A DNA stretch of 64,000 nucleotides, from positions 124,001 through 188,000 of the forward strand of contig NZ_SBIV01000003.1 in assembly GCF_004765795.1 (NCBI RefSeq), read 5' to 3'. Of this stretch, positions 62,131-64,000 are shown piece after piece. The notes under the pieces were generated by a model. The model made no database searches. It was not told where the DNA came from and worked only from the letters and a program-made list of their open reading frames with translations. Within the stretch, counting starts at the first letter, position 1, and each line of letters opens with the position of its first letter. The stretch comes from Halorussus marinus (lineage in GTDB: Archaea; Halobacteriota; Halobacteria; Halobacteriales; Haladaptataceae). Position numbers and translations under genes: made by a program.

Positions 62131-63597
62131 ATGGCGGACTCGAAACGCGGGGTTCGGATCGCCTTCCTCGCGCTCCTCGCGCTCTCGGTCGCGGCCGTCG
62201 GGTACGGCGTGGCGACGTCGTGGACGGAGACGACCTTCGAGTCGCACCTCTCGGACGACAGCGAGGTGAACCGAACCGCCGCGGTCGCCCCCGAGGCCGA
62301 CGCCATTACAGTCATCGCCACCGACTCGAACTCCTGGCGGGGGCAGGCCAGCGACGGCCCGCGAGCGCGGGCCGAACTCGTCGCCCTGAACCCCGACGGG
62401 ACGGTTCGATACTACGACGACAGCCACACCCGCTACTGGGACGTCGATCCGGTCCGGGGGACCGAGACGACCGTCGAGTACTCGTACGCCGACCACCGCG
62501 ACGCCGAGTCGTGTCCCGCGGCCGACGAGTGGACGCCGAGCGACTACGCCGTCGACGAGCAGACGTGGGACGACTTCTTCGAGGTCCACGGCGAGGTCGG
62601 CGCCTGCACGTACAACGGCGTCGAACGCGTCAACCTCACGACCGGCGAGGTCGAGGACGTCTGGGGGCAACTCACCCCCGGCAAGGAGGCCTCGCGGTAC
62701 CACGACGTCGACCGGCTCAACGACACCCACCTCGTGATCGCGGACATCTACCTCGACGGGGTGTTCGCCGTGAACGTCTCCTCGGGCGAGATCGCGTGGC
62801 GCTGGAACGCCTCGGACGCGTTCGATCCCGAGACCACCGGCGGGCCGTTCCCCGACGACTGGTCGCACATCAACGACGTCGAGGTCCTCGACGACGGCCG
62901 GATCATGGTAAGCGGTCGCAACTTCGACCGCGTGGTGTTTCTGACCGCCGACGACCACACTCTCGACGCCGACTGGACGCTCGGAAGCGAGGACGACTAC
63001 GAGGTCATCTACGAGCAACACAACCCCGACTTCATCAACGGCTCGAACGGCGGGCCCGCGATCGTCGTCGCCGACAGCGAGAACAACCGCGCGATCGAGT
63101 ACCGGCGGGCGGGAAATGACTGGACCCGATCGTGGGTGTGGCGCGACGCCCGGATGCAGTGGGTTCGGGACGCCGATCGCCTCCCGAACGGGCACACGCT
63201 CCTCTCGGACTCGAACGGCAACCGCGTGTTCGAGGTCGACGAGACCGGCGAGATCGTCTGGAGCCTCAACGTCGGATTCCCCTACGAGGCCGAGCGACTC
63301 GGCACCGGCGACGAGTCGACCGGCGGGCCGAGCGCTCGCTCGGCCGACGTCGACTCGCGGGCCGGGACGCTCGTCGATCGGTTCTGGATCGCCGCGAAAA
63401 GCGTGATCCCGGGCAAGTACCTGAACGGGCTGATGTACGTCACGCCGGTCTGGATGGGCGTCCCGGAGGTGTTCGCGACCGCGTTCGGCGTCGTCGTCGG
63501 CCTCGTCTGGCTCGGGGTCGAGGCGCGGTGGTTCGTCGGCCGGCGGCGGTCGGCGGCCGCCGGCGGCGCCGGCGACGGCGCGATCGACCACGAGTAG
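62131..63597 (+). CDS. Arylsulfotransferase (ASST) family protein, membrane anchored
   Basis: DWSHINDV, EQHNPD, RDADRLPNGHTL; TMs at both ends. Confidence 0.85.
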   Translation: MADSKRGVRIAFLALLALSVAAVGYGVATSWTETTFESHLSDDSEVNRTAAVAPEADAITVIATDSNSWRGQASDGPRARAELVALNPDGTVRYYDDSHTRYWDVDPVRGTETTVEYSYADHRDAESCPAADEWTPSDYAVDEQTWDDFFEVHGEVGACTYNGVERVNLTTGEVEDVWGQLTPGKEASRYHDVDRLNDTHLVIADIYLDGVFAVNVSSGEIAWRWNASDAFDPETTGGPFPDDWSHINDVEVLDDGRIMVSGRNFDRVVFLTADDHTLDADWTLGSEDDYEVIYEQHNPDFINGSNGGPAIVVADSENNRAIEYRRAGNDWTRSWVWRDARMQWVRDADRLPNGHTLLSDSNGNRVFEVDETGEIVWSLNVGFPYEAERLGTGDESTGGPSARSADVDSRAGTLVDRFWIAAKSVIPGKYLNGLMYVTPVWMGVPEVFATAFGVVVGLVWLGVEARWFVGRRRSAAAGGAGDGAIDHE

Positions 63598-63697
63598 TCC
63601 CCTCGGTCGGTCGACCGTCGTGTGAGGCCGACCCGATCGGCGAACGCCCGACCCGGGGCAAATCCTATCGGGCGGCCGTCCGAACGTCCGACCGACA

Positions 63698-64000
63698 ATG
63701 GCGACGGACGACGAGGCGATCGGCGTCGGCGACCAGTTCCGGCGGTTCCTCGCGCTCGAGTCCGACGTGTTGATCCTGTCGGTGGCGATGTTCGCGTTCA
63801 GCCTCGGCTTTCAGATGACCGGCCGCTACCTCCCCGAGTACATGGCGGTTCTCGGCGCGACGCCGTTCGTGATCGGGCTCTACGGGACGTTCGGCAACGT
63901 CATCAGCGCCGTCTACCCGTACCCGGGCGGCGCCTTCTCGGATCGGGTCGGCTCGCGGTACGCGCTGGCGCTGTTCGGCCTCCTCTCGACGCTCGGGTTC
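63698..64000 (+). CDS. MFS transporter, N-terminal part (runs off window)
   Basis: Hydrophobic helices, GGAFSDRVGSR MFS motif A. Confidence 0.85.
   Translation, partial: MATDDEAIGVGDQFRRFLALESDVLILSVAMFAFSLGFQMTGRYLPEYMAVLGATPFVIGLYGTFGNVISAVYPYPGGAFSDRVGSRYALALFGLLSTLGF

Overview
High-GC haloarchaeal (Halobacteria) chromosomal window, judged from acidic proteins, TFB, MCM, RPA and archaeal tRNAs. Most of it is core genome: mannose-1-P guanylyltransferase, RPA operon, hutUGIH with a divergent Bat-type regulator, tRNA-His, a GT4/oxidoreductase/CDP-alcohol transferase/PTPS-like/methyltransferase cluster, SRAP, M50 protease, Ski2-like helicase, SLC13 permease, mcm followed by a MinD/TFB/ParA-like cluster, arylsulfotransferase and an MFS transporter. 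The main accessory feature is a ~17.4 kb element integrated at the 3' end of tRNA-Pro(TGG), bounded by a 15-bp direct repeat (30879-30893 and 48234-48248). It has an SNJ2-like tyrosine integrase, a pleolipovirus-like Rep/wHTH gene and small virus-style ORFs, but no recognisable virion genes. It carries two ABC exporters and Tat lipoproteins instead, and its mobility genes are decayed. A diverged copy of its left-end sequence sits right after attR, suggesting an older sibling element. Other notable items are a solo TnpB with its RuvC-II catalytic Glu replaced (candidate nuclease-dead or domesticated TnpB) and an exact 21-bp motif containing TTTCACTTTCA shared between the rpa promoter and an uncharacterised gene. 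Family assignments come from motif recognition by eye; no database searches were run.
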